From Thermodesulfobacteriota bacterium (lineage in GTDB: Bacteria > Desulfobacterota > Desulfovibrionia > Desulfovibrionales > Desulfothermaceae): a stretch of DNA of 64,000 nt. The notes under the pieces were generated by a model that was not told where the DNA came from, ran no database searches, and saw only the letters and a program-made list of their open reading frames with translations. The stretch is taken from the NCBI GenBank assembly GCA_051749205.1, contig JBNJII010000002.1:30654-94653 (forward strand), read 5' to 3'. How positions within the stretch are numbered: the first letter of the stretch is position 1; the number at the start of each line of letters is the position of its first letter. The position numbers were made by a program, and so were the translations under genes. Positions 28,190 to 36,032 of the stretch are shown piece by piece.

Positions 28190-29797
28190 ATGCTCAAAGT
28201 GACCTGCCTGGGAGCCACCCAGACTGTGACCGGTTCCAATTTCCTTCTTCAAACCGACTCCGGGAATAAGTTTCTTCTCGATTGCGGCCTCTTTCAAGGA
28301 CCTCGTGAGATTGAACGTCGCAACTTCGCGGATTGGGGCTTTCATCCGGCCGATATCGAGGCCTTGATTCTGACCCACGCCCATATCGACCACAGCGGGC
28401 GGATCCCCAAGCTGGTCAAGGATGGCTTTGCCGGGCGGATTCTGACCACCCACCCCACGGCTGACCTGTGCCGAATCATGCTTTTGGATGCCGCCCACAT
28501 CCAGGAGAGTCAGGCACAATGGGAGTCCAAAAAACGAAAACGGCAGGGCAAGGCTCCAGTTGACCCCCTGTACACCGCAGAGGATGCGCAAAAGGCCATG
28601 GAATACTTCCATCCGGTGCAGCGGGACGAACTGATTGAGCTGCACTCCGAGCTGCAGATCAGATTTCGTAACGCAGGCCACATCCTGGGCTCCTCCATTG
28701 TCGAGCTGTGGACCAAAGACCAGGAAGAAGAGATGAAAGTTGTATTTTCCGGTGACCTGGGGCAAGAAAACCAGCTCATTATCCAGGATCCTCACGAGAT
28801 CTTCAATACAGATCACCTGTTCATCGAGTCCACATACGGCGACCGTAACCACCGGTCCTTTGCCGAGAGCAAGGAAGAGTTGCTCCAGGCCGTCATGCAC
28901 AGTGTCCAGGCCGGAGAAAAGGTCCTCATCCCGGCCTTTGCCGTGGAAAGGACCCAGGAGATTTTGTATATCCTGGGCGAATTTCACCGCCAAGGCCGGC
29001 TGCCTGATGTCCCTATCTACCTGGACAGCCCTCTGGCCATCAAGGCCACAGAGATCTTTCGACAAAATACCAGGGACTACGATGATGATGCCCTGGCTTT
29101 GGTCCATCGGGGCGTGGACCCTTTTTCGCTGCCCAACTTGACTTTCACCGCCTCCACCCAGGAGTCCATGGCCTTAAACGACCGGCAAAGTCCAGCAATC
29201 ATCATCGCCGGCAACGGCATGTGCACTGCAGGGCGCATTGTACACCACCTCAAGCACAACCTCTGGCGAAAAGGGTGCAGTGTGGTTATTGTCGGCTTTC
29301 AGGTGGCCGGGAGCACCGGCCGAAAAATAGTGGACGGGGCCAAGCAGGTCAAGGTGTTGGGCGAAACCATATCTGTCCGGGCCAAGGTATATACCATCGG
29401 GGGGTTCTCCGCCCATGCGGACCAAAGCGACCTTCTGGAATGGATCGGGCACTTCCGCAACCACCCCAAGGTGTACCTCGTACATGGAGAAGAAAAGGCC
29501 AGTACTGCCTTGGCTCAGTTGATCGGCAAAAAGCACGGCTTCCAGGTCCACATCCCCCTGTGGAAGGAACGTCTGATCCTCAAGGCCCGGCAAGAAGTCG
29601 AAGAGATCTTTGCCCGGAAAGAGACGGGAACAGACCTGTCCACTTCCGCCCTGAATACCTTGGTGGACGTGGAGCGCTTGGTCAAGGAACTCAGGAAACA
29701 GCTGCAAAGTCCAGAAGGAGTCCCTGATTTGGACGAAGAGGACCTGGAACGGTTACAGTCGGTATACCAAGACTTGCAAACCATACGAGGTGCGTAG
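28190..29797 (+). CDS. metallo-beta-lactamase / beta-CASP family RNA-metabolising nuclease
   Basis: Start at MLKVTCLGATQTVTGS, with a GAAGGA SD. It has the HAHIDHSG motif, beta-CASP motifs and FSAHAD near the C-terminus, plus a coiled acidic tail of about 80 aa. The upstream 33 codons of the ORF overlap a dispersed repeat. Confidence 0.88.
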   Translation: MLKVTCLGATQTVTGSNFLLQTDSGNKFLLDCGLFQGPREIERRNFADWGFHPADIEALILTHAHIDHSGRIPKLVKDGFAGRILTTHPTADLCRIMLLDAAHIQESQAQWESKKRKRQGKAPVDPLYTAEDAQKAMEYFHPVQRDELIELHSELQIRFRNAGHILGSSIVELWTKDQEEEMKVVFSGDLGQENQLIIQDPHEIFNTDHLFIESTYGDRNHRSFAESKEELLQAVMHSVQAGEKVLIPAFAVERTQEILYILGEFHRQGRLPDVPIYLDSPLAIKATEIFRQNTRDYDDDALALVHRGVDPFSLPNLTFTASTQESMALNDRQSPAIIIAGNGMCTAGRIVHHLKHNLWRKGCSVVIVGFQVAGSTGRKIVDGAKQVKVLGETISVRAKVYTIGGFSAHADQSDLLEWIGHFRNHPKVYLVHGEEKASTALAQLIGKKHGFQVHIPLWKERLILKARQEVEEIFARKETGTDLSTSALNTLVDVERLVKELRKQLQSPEGVPDLDEEDLERLQSVYQDLQTIRGA

Positions 29798-29805
29798 GGA
29801 GGACC

Positions 29806-30522
29806 ATGTACGAGCCAGACTTTTTCAGTATGGCCGCGGGCCAAAATATCTTCTCCCAGAATGAACCGGTGCTGGCCGTCTATCACTTGCTGCACGGGGA
29901 AATAAGCCTCTGGCGGGACGGACACCTCGGGGCATCTCTGACTGCCGGCCATATCCTCGGCCTGCCCGGGGCCTACGCCTCGAACGGACTGCATGCGTGT
30001 ACCGCTCACACTGAATGCGACTGCCGAGTGGCCGCTTTTGACCTGGAGAGCATCCCAGAGACTTTCCTCGCCGCCCCCACAATGGCCGAGCGTGTCTTTT
30101 TCAGCCTCTCCAGGCAAATCCTTCACTGGTGGGAACGCTTCCCCTGGCAGGGCCCGGGATCTGGTCCGCCATGCTTTGTCGGCCAAGTGCTGACAGTAGA
30201 GGCCGACGAGGTGCTCATCCGGGAAGGAGAAAACACACATGAGTTCTACCGGATCATATCCACAGATAAAGGACTGGAAGTTTCCGCTAAGGGGAGTGTG
30301 CTGGCAATCTTGGATCGGCCGGGGGAATTTTTCGGGGAAATGGCTGCTGTCTTGGAGCAGCCCCGCACAGCTACCATCCGCTCCCTGGGCCAGTCTGCCC
30401 TGGAAGTCTATCCGGCCCGCATGCTGCCCCATATCGTATCCGATTACCCTGAACTGAGCTGGCGCATAATCCAGGGCCTGAGCCAACGCTTAAACATCGC
30501 CAATGCCCGGACCGGCTGCTAG
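29806..30522 (+). CDS. stand-alone tandem cyclic-nucleotide-binding domain protein
   Basis: 238 aa. The second domain has a canonical phosphate-binding cassette, GEFFGEMAAVLEQPRTATIRS. The first domain is degenerate. No output domain is visible. It starts 9 nt after the beta-CASP gene. Confidence 0.8.
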   Translation: MYEPDFFSMAAGQNIFSQNEPVLAVYHLLHGEISLWRDGHLGASLTAGHILGLPGAYASNGLHACTAHTECDCRVAAFDLESIPETFLAAPTMAERVFFSLSRQILHWWERFPWQGPGSGPPCFVGQVLTVEADEVLIREGENTHEFYRIISTDKGLEVSAKGSVLAILDRPGEFFGEMAAVLEQPRTATIRSLGQSALEVYPARMLPHIVSDYPELSWRIIQGLSQRLNIANARTGC

Positions 30523-30534
30523 CATGTGCCCGGC

Positions 30535-31356
30535 TCACTTGCAAAGACCGAAAAACTCCCGGGCGTTATGACCGGTTTTTTCCCACACCAAAACCGTGTC
30601 TTGCCCTTTGAGCTCAGCCACCTTTCGAGCGGTAAACACGGTGAGTGCCGGTTCATTGCGTTTTCCCCGGTAAGGCTCTGGGGCTAAAAAAGGACAGTCC
30701 GTCTCCAGGACCATCCTGGACAAGGGGATATCCTGGACGGCCTTTTGCAGATCATGGGCCTTGGGAAAAGTGATGGTACCGGGAATGGAAATCTGCCATC
30801 CTCGGCGCAAGATTTCCTGAGCCAGATCCGGCCCCCCCCCAAAACAGTGCCACATCAAGGGACGTCCTTGAAAGCCGGCCTGGTCCAGAATGCGCATAGT
30901 TTCCTCTTCTGCAGCCCGGGAATGGATGATGACCGGCATATCCGTGTTCCGAGCCAGCTCCAACTGAGCTTGAAAAGCCCTTCGCTGCCTAGCATGAGGG
31001 GCGTAATCCCGAAAATAATCCAGTCCGATTTCGCCCACGGCTTTGATCCGCTGGTCTCCGAGCACGGCCGAGTGTATCTGATCCAGGCAGGAATCATCGA
31101 CCTGGTTCGCCTCATGGGGGTGCATACCCAGAAGAAAAAACACCTGAGGAAACTGGGTAAAGAGGGACTTGTTCTGTCTATATGCCTGTGGTCCGAGAAA
31201 TACATTGCCTACGAACTCGACACCACTCCTGGCGGCAGTGCCCAGCACATGGCCAATATCGTCTTGCAGCTTGGGCATGTCCAAATGTGCATGGGTGTCC
31301 ACTCCGTTTTGCGGCAGGGCCAAGCCTTCCGGAGATTGACGCTGGTGTGAAGTCAT
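30535..31356 (-). CDS. tatD: TatD family metal-dependent hydrolase
   Basis: GVDTHAHL, IGLDY, HSR and ETDCPFLAP motifs. I chose the start at MTSHQRQ (31356), because the longer ORF enters the 25-bp palindrome. Confidence 0.88.
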   Translation of the reverse strand: MTSHQRQSPEGLALPQNGVDTHAHLDMPKLQDDIGHVLGTAARSGVEFVGNVFLGPQAYRQNKSLFTQFPQVFFLLGMHPHEANQVDDSCLDQIHSAVLGDQRIKAVGEIGLDYFRDYAPHARQRRAFQAQLELARNTDMPVIIHSRAAEEETMRILDQAGFQGRPLMWHCFGGGPDLAQEILRRGWQISIPGTITFPKAHDLQKAVQDIPLSRMVLETDCPFLAPEPYRGKRNEPALTVFTARKVAELKGQDTVLVWEKTGHNAREFFGLCK

Positions 31357-31416
31357 AAATCCAACTTTTTTTGGGTTTGTTGTGATCAAAAAGCCCTGTA
31401 TTCGGGATGTCCTTGC

Positions 31417-31472
31417 GACCAAACCGCAGACAAAAGCCGGCTAAAAAGCCGGCTTTTGTCTGCGGTTTGGTC
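31417..31472. repeat. 25-bp perfect inverted repeat with 6-nt loop
   Basis: GACCAAACCGCAGACAAAAGCCGGC-TAAAAA-GCCGGCTTTTGTCTGCGGTTTGGTC, verified base by base. Confidence 0.95.
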
Positions 31473-31587
31473 TTGGCCAAAACCATAAAAGACAGATGAT
31501 GTCCTCAGAAAGTATTCTGGGGACGAAGAAGGGTTCTCTTACGCCTCTGGTCAAAATCCCTAAGCTTGATCTCTGATCACTCCGGTA

Positions 31588-31648
31588 AATTTTCTTTTTT
31601 GCCCTCTTTGGGCAAAAAATTTCAGCTTTGCCGGAGGCAAAGCTGAAG
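31588..31648 (-). terminator. tandem hairpin element (repeat copy B) acting as terminator after hsp20
   Basis: On the minus strand, 11 nt after the hsp20 stop, the sequence is TTCAGCTTTGCC-TCC-GGCAAAGCTGAA followed by ATTTTTT. A second hairpin follows: TTTTTTGCCC-AAAGA-GGGCAAAAAA. It is near-identical to 2613..2678. Confidence 0.7.
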
Positions 31649-31659
31649 TGAGGGTTTTG

Positions 31660-32019
31660 TTACTCTTGCTGTATTTCTATTTTCCGGGGCCTGAGCTCCT
31701 CGGTCTTGGGCAAATGCAGCTTGAGCAGCCCGTTTTTCAGATTGGCCTTGATGTTGTTGGCATCAACGGCATCTGAAAGAGTAAACTTGCGTACATAGTG
31801 GACATTGCCAAACTCGTTCTCAATAAAACGCTCATTTTCATTGTGCGCATAGGATGTGTCCGCTTCCACGGTCAAGGAATTCTTGTCCGCTGAAATCACC
31901 AGATCCTCCCGCTTGACCCCGGGCATATCCATGAGAATATAGAAGGCACCATTTTCTTGCAGGATATCTGCAGCCGGTCGAATGCGGGGCAATTCTTTGT
32001 TGGTAGTGGCTTCGGTCAT
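31660..32019 (-). CDS. Hsp20/alpha-crystallin family small heat-shock protein
   Basis: 119 aa alpha-crystallin domain (FYILMDMPGVKREDL, ...NGLLKLHLPK). Confidence 0.9.
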   Translation of the reverse strand: MTEATTNKELPRIRPAADILQENGAFYILMDMPGVKREDLVISADKNSLTVEADTSYAHNENERFIENEFGNVHYVRKFTLSDAVDANNIKANLKNGLLKLHLPKTEELRPRKIEIQQE

Positions 32020-32033
32020 AAGCGTTCCCCCCT

Positions 32034-32447
32034 TTAGGCAGTTTCGATGCTGATTTGCTTTGGCTTAACTTCTTCAGCCTTAGGCAGGGTTATTTCTAAT
32101 AAACCGTCTTTCATTTTTGCACTAACCCGGTCCCTTTCAATATGCACATTCAAGTTTATGATGCGTTGAAATGATCCAGTCGGCCTTTCTTGTCGAAAGT
32201 AGCGTCCAGTTTCTGCCTTTCTTTCGCCTTTAATGATCAAGCTTTCCTCAGAGAGAGTTACATCGACATCTTCAATATTCATTCCAGGCAACTCAGCTCT
32301 GACATAAATATTACTATCGTCTTCTCCAATATTTAACGGTGGATAAGCAAGCCTGCGCTGACTCAGGTTTACAGGGTGCCAGAACTCGTCAAACATCTTT
32401 TCTATATTGCGGGGGAAATCATAAAGACTTGTAAAATCGAGCACCAT
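32034..32447 (-). CDS. Hsp20/alpha-crystallin family small heat-shock protein
   Basis: 137 aa (YVRAELPGMNIEDVDV, ...DGLLEITLPK). The SD is AGGAGG. Confidence 0.9.
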   Translation of the reverse strand: MVLDFTSLYDFPRNIEKMFDEFWHPVNLSQRRLAYPPLNIGEDDSNIYVRAELPGMNIEDVDVTLSEESLIIKGERKAETGRYFRQERPTGSFQRIINLNVHIERDRVSAKMKDGLLEITLPKAEEVKPKQISIETA

Positions 32448-32584
32448 AGTCTCTACCTCCTGTTTATCTCCAGACCCGTTTTTGTGCCTATATGAAGAGA
32501 TTCAATAAGCACTCCATTCTGGCTGTCAATATTTGGATCGGAAAAAAGGAGCTGAGCAGAAATGGTCTGTACTCGAAACCAGCA

Positions 32585-32779
32585 TCATTGGCTTGTGGTG
32601 TCAGTCCAGTTCTTGAGCTGAACAGATTCCTCAAGGAGCATAATGGGGATATCATCCCGGATGGGATAGACCAGCTCACAGGCTCGACAGATGAGGCCGT
32701 CCTCTTTGGAGGTCAGTTCCAGGTCCCCTTTGCATTCAGGGCAGACCAAGATATCCAGAAGTTCCTTATTTAATGCCAT
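32585..32779 (-). CDS. Trm112/UPF0434 family zinc-ribbon protein
   Basis: Start at MALNKELLDILVCPECKG, with a GGGAGGA SD. The C-terminal part carries ...LICRACELVYPIRDDIPIML. Confidence 0.85.
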   Translation of the reverse strand: MALNKELLDILVCPECKGDLELTSKEDGLICRACELVYPIRDDIPIMLLEESVQLKNWTDTTSQ

Positions 32780-32872
32780 GGATCCTCCCAAGGGCTTTTA
32801 AGGATTTAAAAAATCAGCAGCAGGCATTTGTCCCTTGCCAGACTGTACGCTGTGACGTATATCCGGGGTCTG

Positions 32873-32925
32873 TTGAACCTTGCCTCCGGCAAGTCTGAAA
32901 TACGTGGCCACTTTTTTGGTGGCCC
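32873..32925 (+). repeat. dispersed palindromic element, copy D
   Basis: TTGAACCTTGCCTCCGGCAAGTCTGAAATA followed by the hairpin GGCCAC-TTTTTTG-GTGGCC. The core TTGCCTCCGGCAA-TCTGAAATA matches copy A at 22 of 23 positions. Confidence 0.8.
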
Positions 32926-32972
32926 ATGTCTGAGATGGATACTCAGTAAACCGGCAGTGGTGTCACTCCTTT

Positions 32973-33836
32973 ATGTCCGAAGTTGATCTGCATACCCACA
33001 GCACCGCCTCAGACGGAAGTCTGCAGCCGGACGAGCTGGTCCGGGCCGGTAAAGATGCTGGCCTGCTGGCCTTGGCCCTGACCGACCACGACACAGTCTC
33101 TGGCTTGAGCCTGGCTGTCCACACCGGCAAAGAGATCGGGCTGGAAATCATTCCCGGGTGTGAGCTCAGTGTACAAGCCCCAAGCGGATTCATGCACATC
33201 CTCGGCTTGTGGATTCCTCCGAGCCCGTCCAGCCTGCAAGCCGCTTTGGACTGGATGCAGGATATGCGCCGACAGCGCAATAAACGTATGCTGGCCACTC
33301 TTCGCTCTCTGGGTATAGCCATTGAGGACAGGGAAGTCAAAGACGAGGCCCAAGGAGAAAGCGTGGGGCGGCCGCATATGGCTCAGGTCCTGGTGCGCAA
33401 AGGCGTGGTCTCAAACCTGGAAGAAGCCTTTGACCGTTTCATAGGTGGAGACGGCCTGGCCTATGTGCCCAAGATGAAGCTTACTGCAGAGCAGGCCATC
33501 TCGGCCTTGAAACAGGACCAGGCCACAGTTGTCCTGGCCCATCCCTACTCCCTGCATATGACAAAGAAAAAGTTCGCTTTCGAGCTCTCCAGGTTGCAGA
33601 GCTTGGGTCTGGACGGCCTGGAAGTGTATTATCCGGAGCATAACCAGAAACAGACCGCGTTTTTTGCTGCCCAGGCCCACAGACTGGGTCTTTTGCTCAG
33701 TGGGGGATCTGACTTTCACGGCCGGATCAAACCGGATATCAATTTGGGGGTGGGACGCGGAGGCCTCCATCTTTCCTACAGCCTGGTGGAAAAAATGCGG
33801 GCCGCCCGGCGGATGCAGGGGCTTCCGGTATACTGA
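32973..33836 (+). CDS. PHP domain phosphoesterase (YciV/TrpH, RNase AM-like)
   Basis: VDLHTHSTASDGS N-terminus, ALTDHDT, AHP and GGSDFHG motifs. Confidence 0.85.
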   Translation: MSEVDLHTHSTASDGSLQPDELVRAGKDAGLLALALTDHDTVSGLSLAVHTGKEIGLEIIPGCELSVQAPSGFMHILGLWIPPSPSSLQAALDWMQDMRRQRNKRMLATLRSLGIAIEDREVKDEAQGESVGRPHMAQVLVRKGVVSNLEEAFDRFIGGDGLAYVPKMKLTAEQAISALKQDQATVVLAHPYSLHMTKKKFAFELSRLQSLGLDGLEVYYPEHNQKQTAFFAAQAHRLGLLLSGGSDFHGRIKPDINLGVGRGGLHLSYSLVEKMRAARRMQGLPVY

Positions 33837-33865
33837 TTGAAGACCTTGAAACCCCTTCAGCGACC

Positions 33866-35104
33866 ATGCATATACAACCTGAACTCTTGGCTCCTGTAGG
33901 TGCCCCTGAACGTCTGGACACAGCCCTGACCTACGGTGCAGACGCTGTGTATTTGGGCGGAGCACAACTCAACCTGCGGGCTCAGAGCGGCGGGTTTTCC
34001 TGGCCGGACCTGGACCTGGCCCTTCAAAGCGCCCATTCCAGGAACCGTCGGGTCTATTACTGCCTCAATATCCTGCCTCATCCCAACCACATGCCCAAGA
34101 TACGAGAACATCTGCATCGCCTCGCAGACAAACCCATTGACGCCCTCATCGCCGCCGATCCAGGGGTCATCCATCTGGCCCGAAGCATTGCCCCGCATAT
34201 CCCCATTCACATGAGCACCCAGGCCAACACGTCCAACCCGCATGCGGCTGCTTTCTGGCAAGCCCAGGGCATTACCAGAGTCAACCTGGCCCGGGAGCTG
34301 GACTTGAAGGCTCTTCGAGCCTTTTGTCGTGAACTCCCTGATTTGGAGCTGGAGGTCTTTGTCCACGGCGCTATGTGCATGGCCCTATCCGGCCGTTGCC
34401 ATATGAGCGCCTACCTCAATCAGCGCTCGGCCAATCAGGGTCTGTGCACCCATCCCTGTCGCTTCCGGTATCGCCCCCTGCCCCTGGAGGAAGCCAAACG
34501 GCCGGGGGAGCCCACCTGGGATCTGATTGCAGAGCAGGAATATTCAGCGGTCTTGGCCAGTGAGGACCTGGCTCTGATCGACTTTATTCCCTGGCTGGTC
34601 AAGGCCGGTATACACAGCCTAAAAATCGAGGGCAGAATGAAGACAAGCTCCTATCTGGCCCAGGTGGTGGATGTGTACGCAACAGCCTTGGCCGATGTGC
34701 GGGCCAAAACCTTTCGGCCCAAACTCTATTGGCAGGAACTGAGATTGGCCTCCTCCCGCCCTTTGTGCACCGGGTTCTTCCTGCCCAAAGGCAGAAAGCG
34801 CCTGTTCACCCCTACTCAGGGGCAGCCCCGGGCCCCGGTCGTGGCCAAGATCACCCATACCCAAGGTGAGGGGGCCTGGCGGGTCAGCGTCCGCCACAAA
34901 TGGGAGGCGGACCAGGCTATCCAGATCCTGGTTCCCGGCCTCCGGCGTCCCCGTCTAACCTCTGCAAGCTACAAACTTGCAACGTTGACCGGAAACCAGA
35001 CCGGGGTTCTCCATTCCGGGCAGGAGGGCATCCTTTGCTCCGAGCACCCGGACCTGCGGTCCGGACTTATGCTCCGTCTGAGTCCGGAAGACGCCGACCG
35101 GTAG
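33866..35104 (+). CDS. peptidase U32 family protein
   Basis: 412 aa with PELLAPVG......YGADAVYLGG N-terminus, EVFVHGAMCMALSGRC and a Cys-rich segment. Confidence 0.88.
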   Translation: MHIQPELLAPVGAPERLDTALTYGADAVYLGGAQLNLRAQSGGFSWPDLDLALQSAHSRNRRVYYCLNILPHPNHMPKIREHLHRLADKPIDALIAADPGVIHLARSIAPHIPIHMSTQANTSNPHAAAFWQAQGITRVNLARELDLKALRAFCRELPDLELEVFVHGAMCMALSGRCHMSAYLNQRSANQGLCTHPCRFRYRPLPLEEAKRPGEPTWDLIAEQEYSAVLASEDLALIDFIPWLVKAGIHSLKIEGRMKTSSYLAQVVDVYATALADVRAKTFRPKLYWQELRLASSRPLCTGFFLPKGRKRLFTPTQGQPRAPVVAKITHTQGEGAWRVSVRHKWEADQAIQILVPGLRRPRLTSASYKLATLTGNQTGVLHSGQEGILCSEHPDLRSGLMLRLSPEDADR

Positions 35105-35888
35105 TCCGCTCAAACAATGCCTGCACCGCTGCCCAGCCATCGTCGCCCATATCCCGAGAAAAATCATTGACAAAGGTGTGAATGTGCTCCCGGATGGTTT
35201 GCTCATCCATCTCCTGGGCCTGCTCTTGGATAAAGGGCCAGATCTCGGCCTCGTGCCTGCGGGCATAGTCCAGGCTGGACCGGATTTTTTCTTCCATCCA
35301 GGCCGCAAAATCCAAGCCCAGACTTCGCCGGACCACGATACCACCCAAGGGTATGGGCAATCCGGTATACTCCTCCCACCAGGCCCCAAGATCCAGAACC
35401 AGATGCAGTCCGTATTCCGGATACGTGAATCGGCCTTCGTGGATGATCACTCCGGCCTGGACCTTTCCCCGGGCCACGGCGGACATGACCTTGTCGTAGC
35501 GCATAACTTCCAACCGGCCCTGAAAACCACCGTGGGCCAAAAGGAGCATACAAGCTGTGGTCAGCTTTCCAGGCACAGCAATGGCCACATCGCTCAGATC
35601 CTTGATGTCCCGGGGCCGATCCGCAACCAGCAAAGGTCCGCATCCCCGACCCAATGCCCCGCCGCAGCTCAAAAGACGGTAATGCTCCTGAATCTGCGGG
35701 TAGACGGCCATGCTGATCTTGGCCACATCCAGCTCTTGGGCACAAACTGCTTCATTGAGTTCCTGCACATCGGCCAGGCTGGATTGAAAGGCATAAGGAC
35801 GAAGATCGATCCGCTCCTGGAGCAAAGGGGCAAAGATATAGGTGTCGTTGGGGCATGGGGAGATCCCCAGTTTGAGAGCCTGATTCAT
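35067..35888 (-). CDS. mqnD: 1,4-dihydroxy-6-naphthoate synthase (futalosine pathway)
   Basis: 273 aa with LKLGISPCPNDTYIFAPLL N-terminus, typical of MqnD in the MqnA/MqnD family. It sits in the mqn cluster. Confidence 0.8.
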   Translation of the reverse strand: MNQALKLGISPCPNDTYIFAPLLQERIDLRPYAFQSSLADVQELNEAVCAQELDVAKISMAVYPQIQEHYRLLSCGGALGRGCGPLLVADRPRDIKDLSDVAIAVPGKLTTACMLLLAHGGFQGRLEVMRYDKVMSAVARGKVQAGVIIHEGRFTYPEYGLHLVLDLGAWWEEYTGLPIPLGGIVVRRSLGLDFAAWMEEKIRSSLDYARRHEAEIWPFIQEQAQEMDEQTIREHIHTFVNDFSRDMGDDGWAAVQALFERTTGRRLPDSDGA

Positions 35889-36032
35889 TGTTTCTGTCCT
35901 CCGGGTATTTCAAGGGTCAGCCCAGACCGTGGCTGCTCTGAGCTGTGATATTTGTATCCTGATACTGGTCACAATGGCCTTGGGCTGAATACAGTCTATC
36001 TTGACAATGCCAAACGTCCATGGCAAGTCTTG

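Noticed and set aside
29515-30486. 323-aa minus-strand ORF, and similar long antisense ORFs at 28136..29107, 26791..27606, 3331..4347, 20287..21453, 23720..24739, 12874..13863 and 44839..45519
   Set aside because: All lie opposite strongly supported genes. They are Arg/Gly/Pro-rich as expected for GC-rich antisense frames, have no SD, and show no family signatures.
31648-31800. GTG-initiated plus-strand reading frame following the GGAGG of repeat copy B
   Set aside because: It runs antisense through hsp20 with no family similarity. It more likely results from the palindromic element being read on the wrong strand.
32448-32584. Heat-shock control elements upstream of hsp20 (CIRCE, sigma32, sigma54 promoters)
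   Set aside because: GAGTGCTTA resembles half a CIRCE site, but no partner half occurs at 9-nt spacing. TGGAGT-N5-TTGA has the right GG/TTG spacing for sigma54 but lacks the -12 GC. TTGACA-16-TATTGA has a poor -10. None is convincing enough to call.
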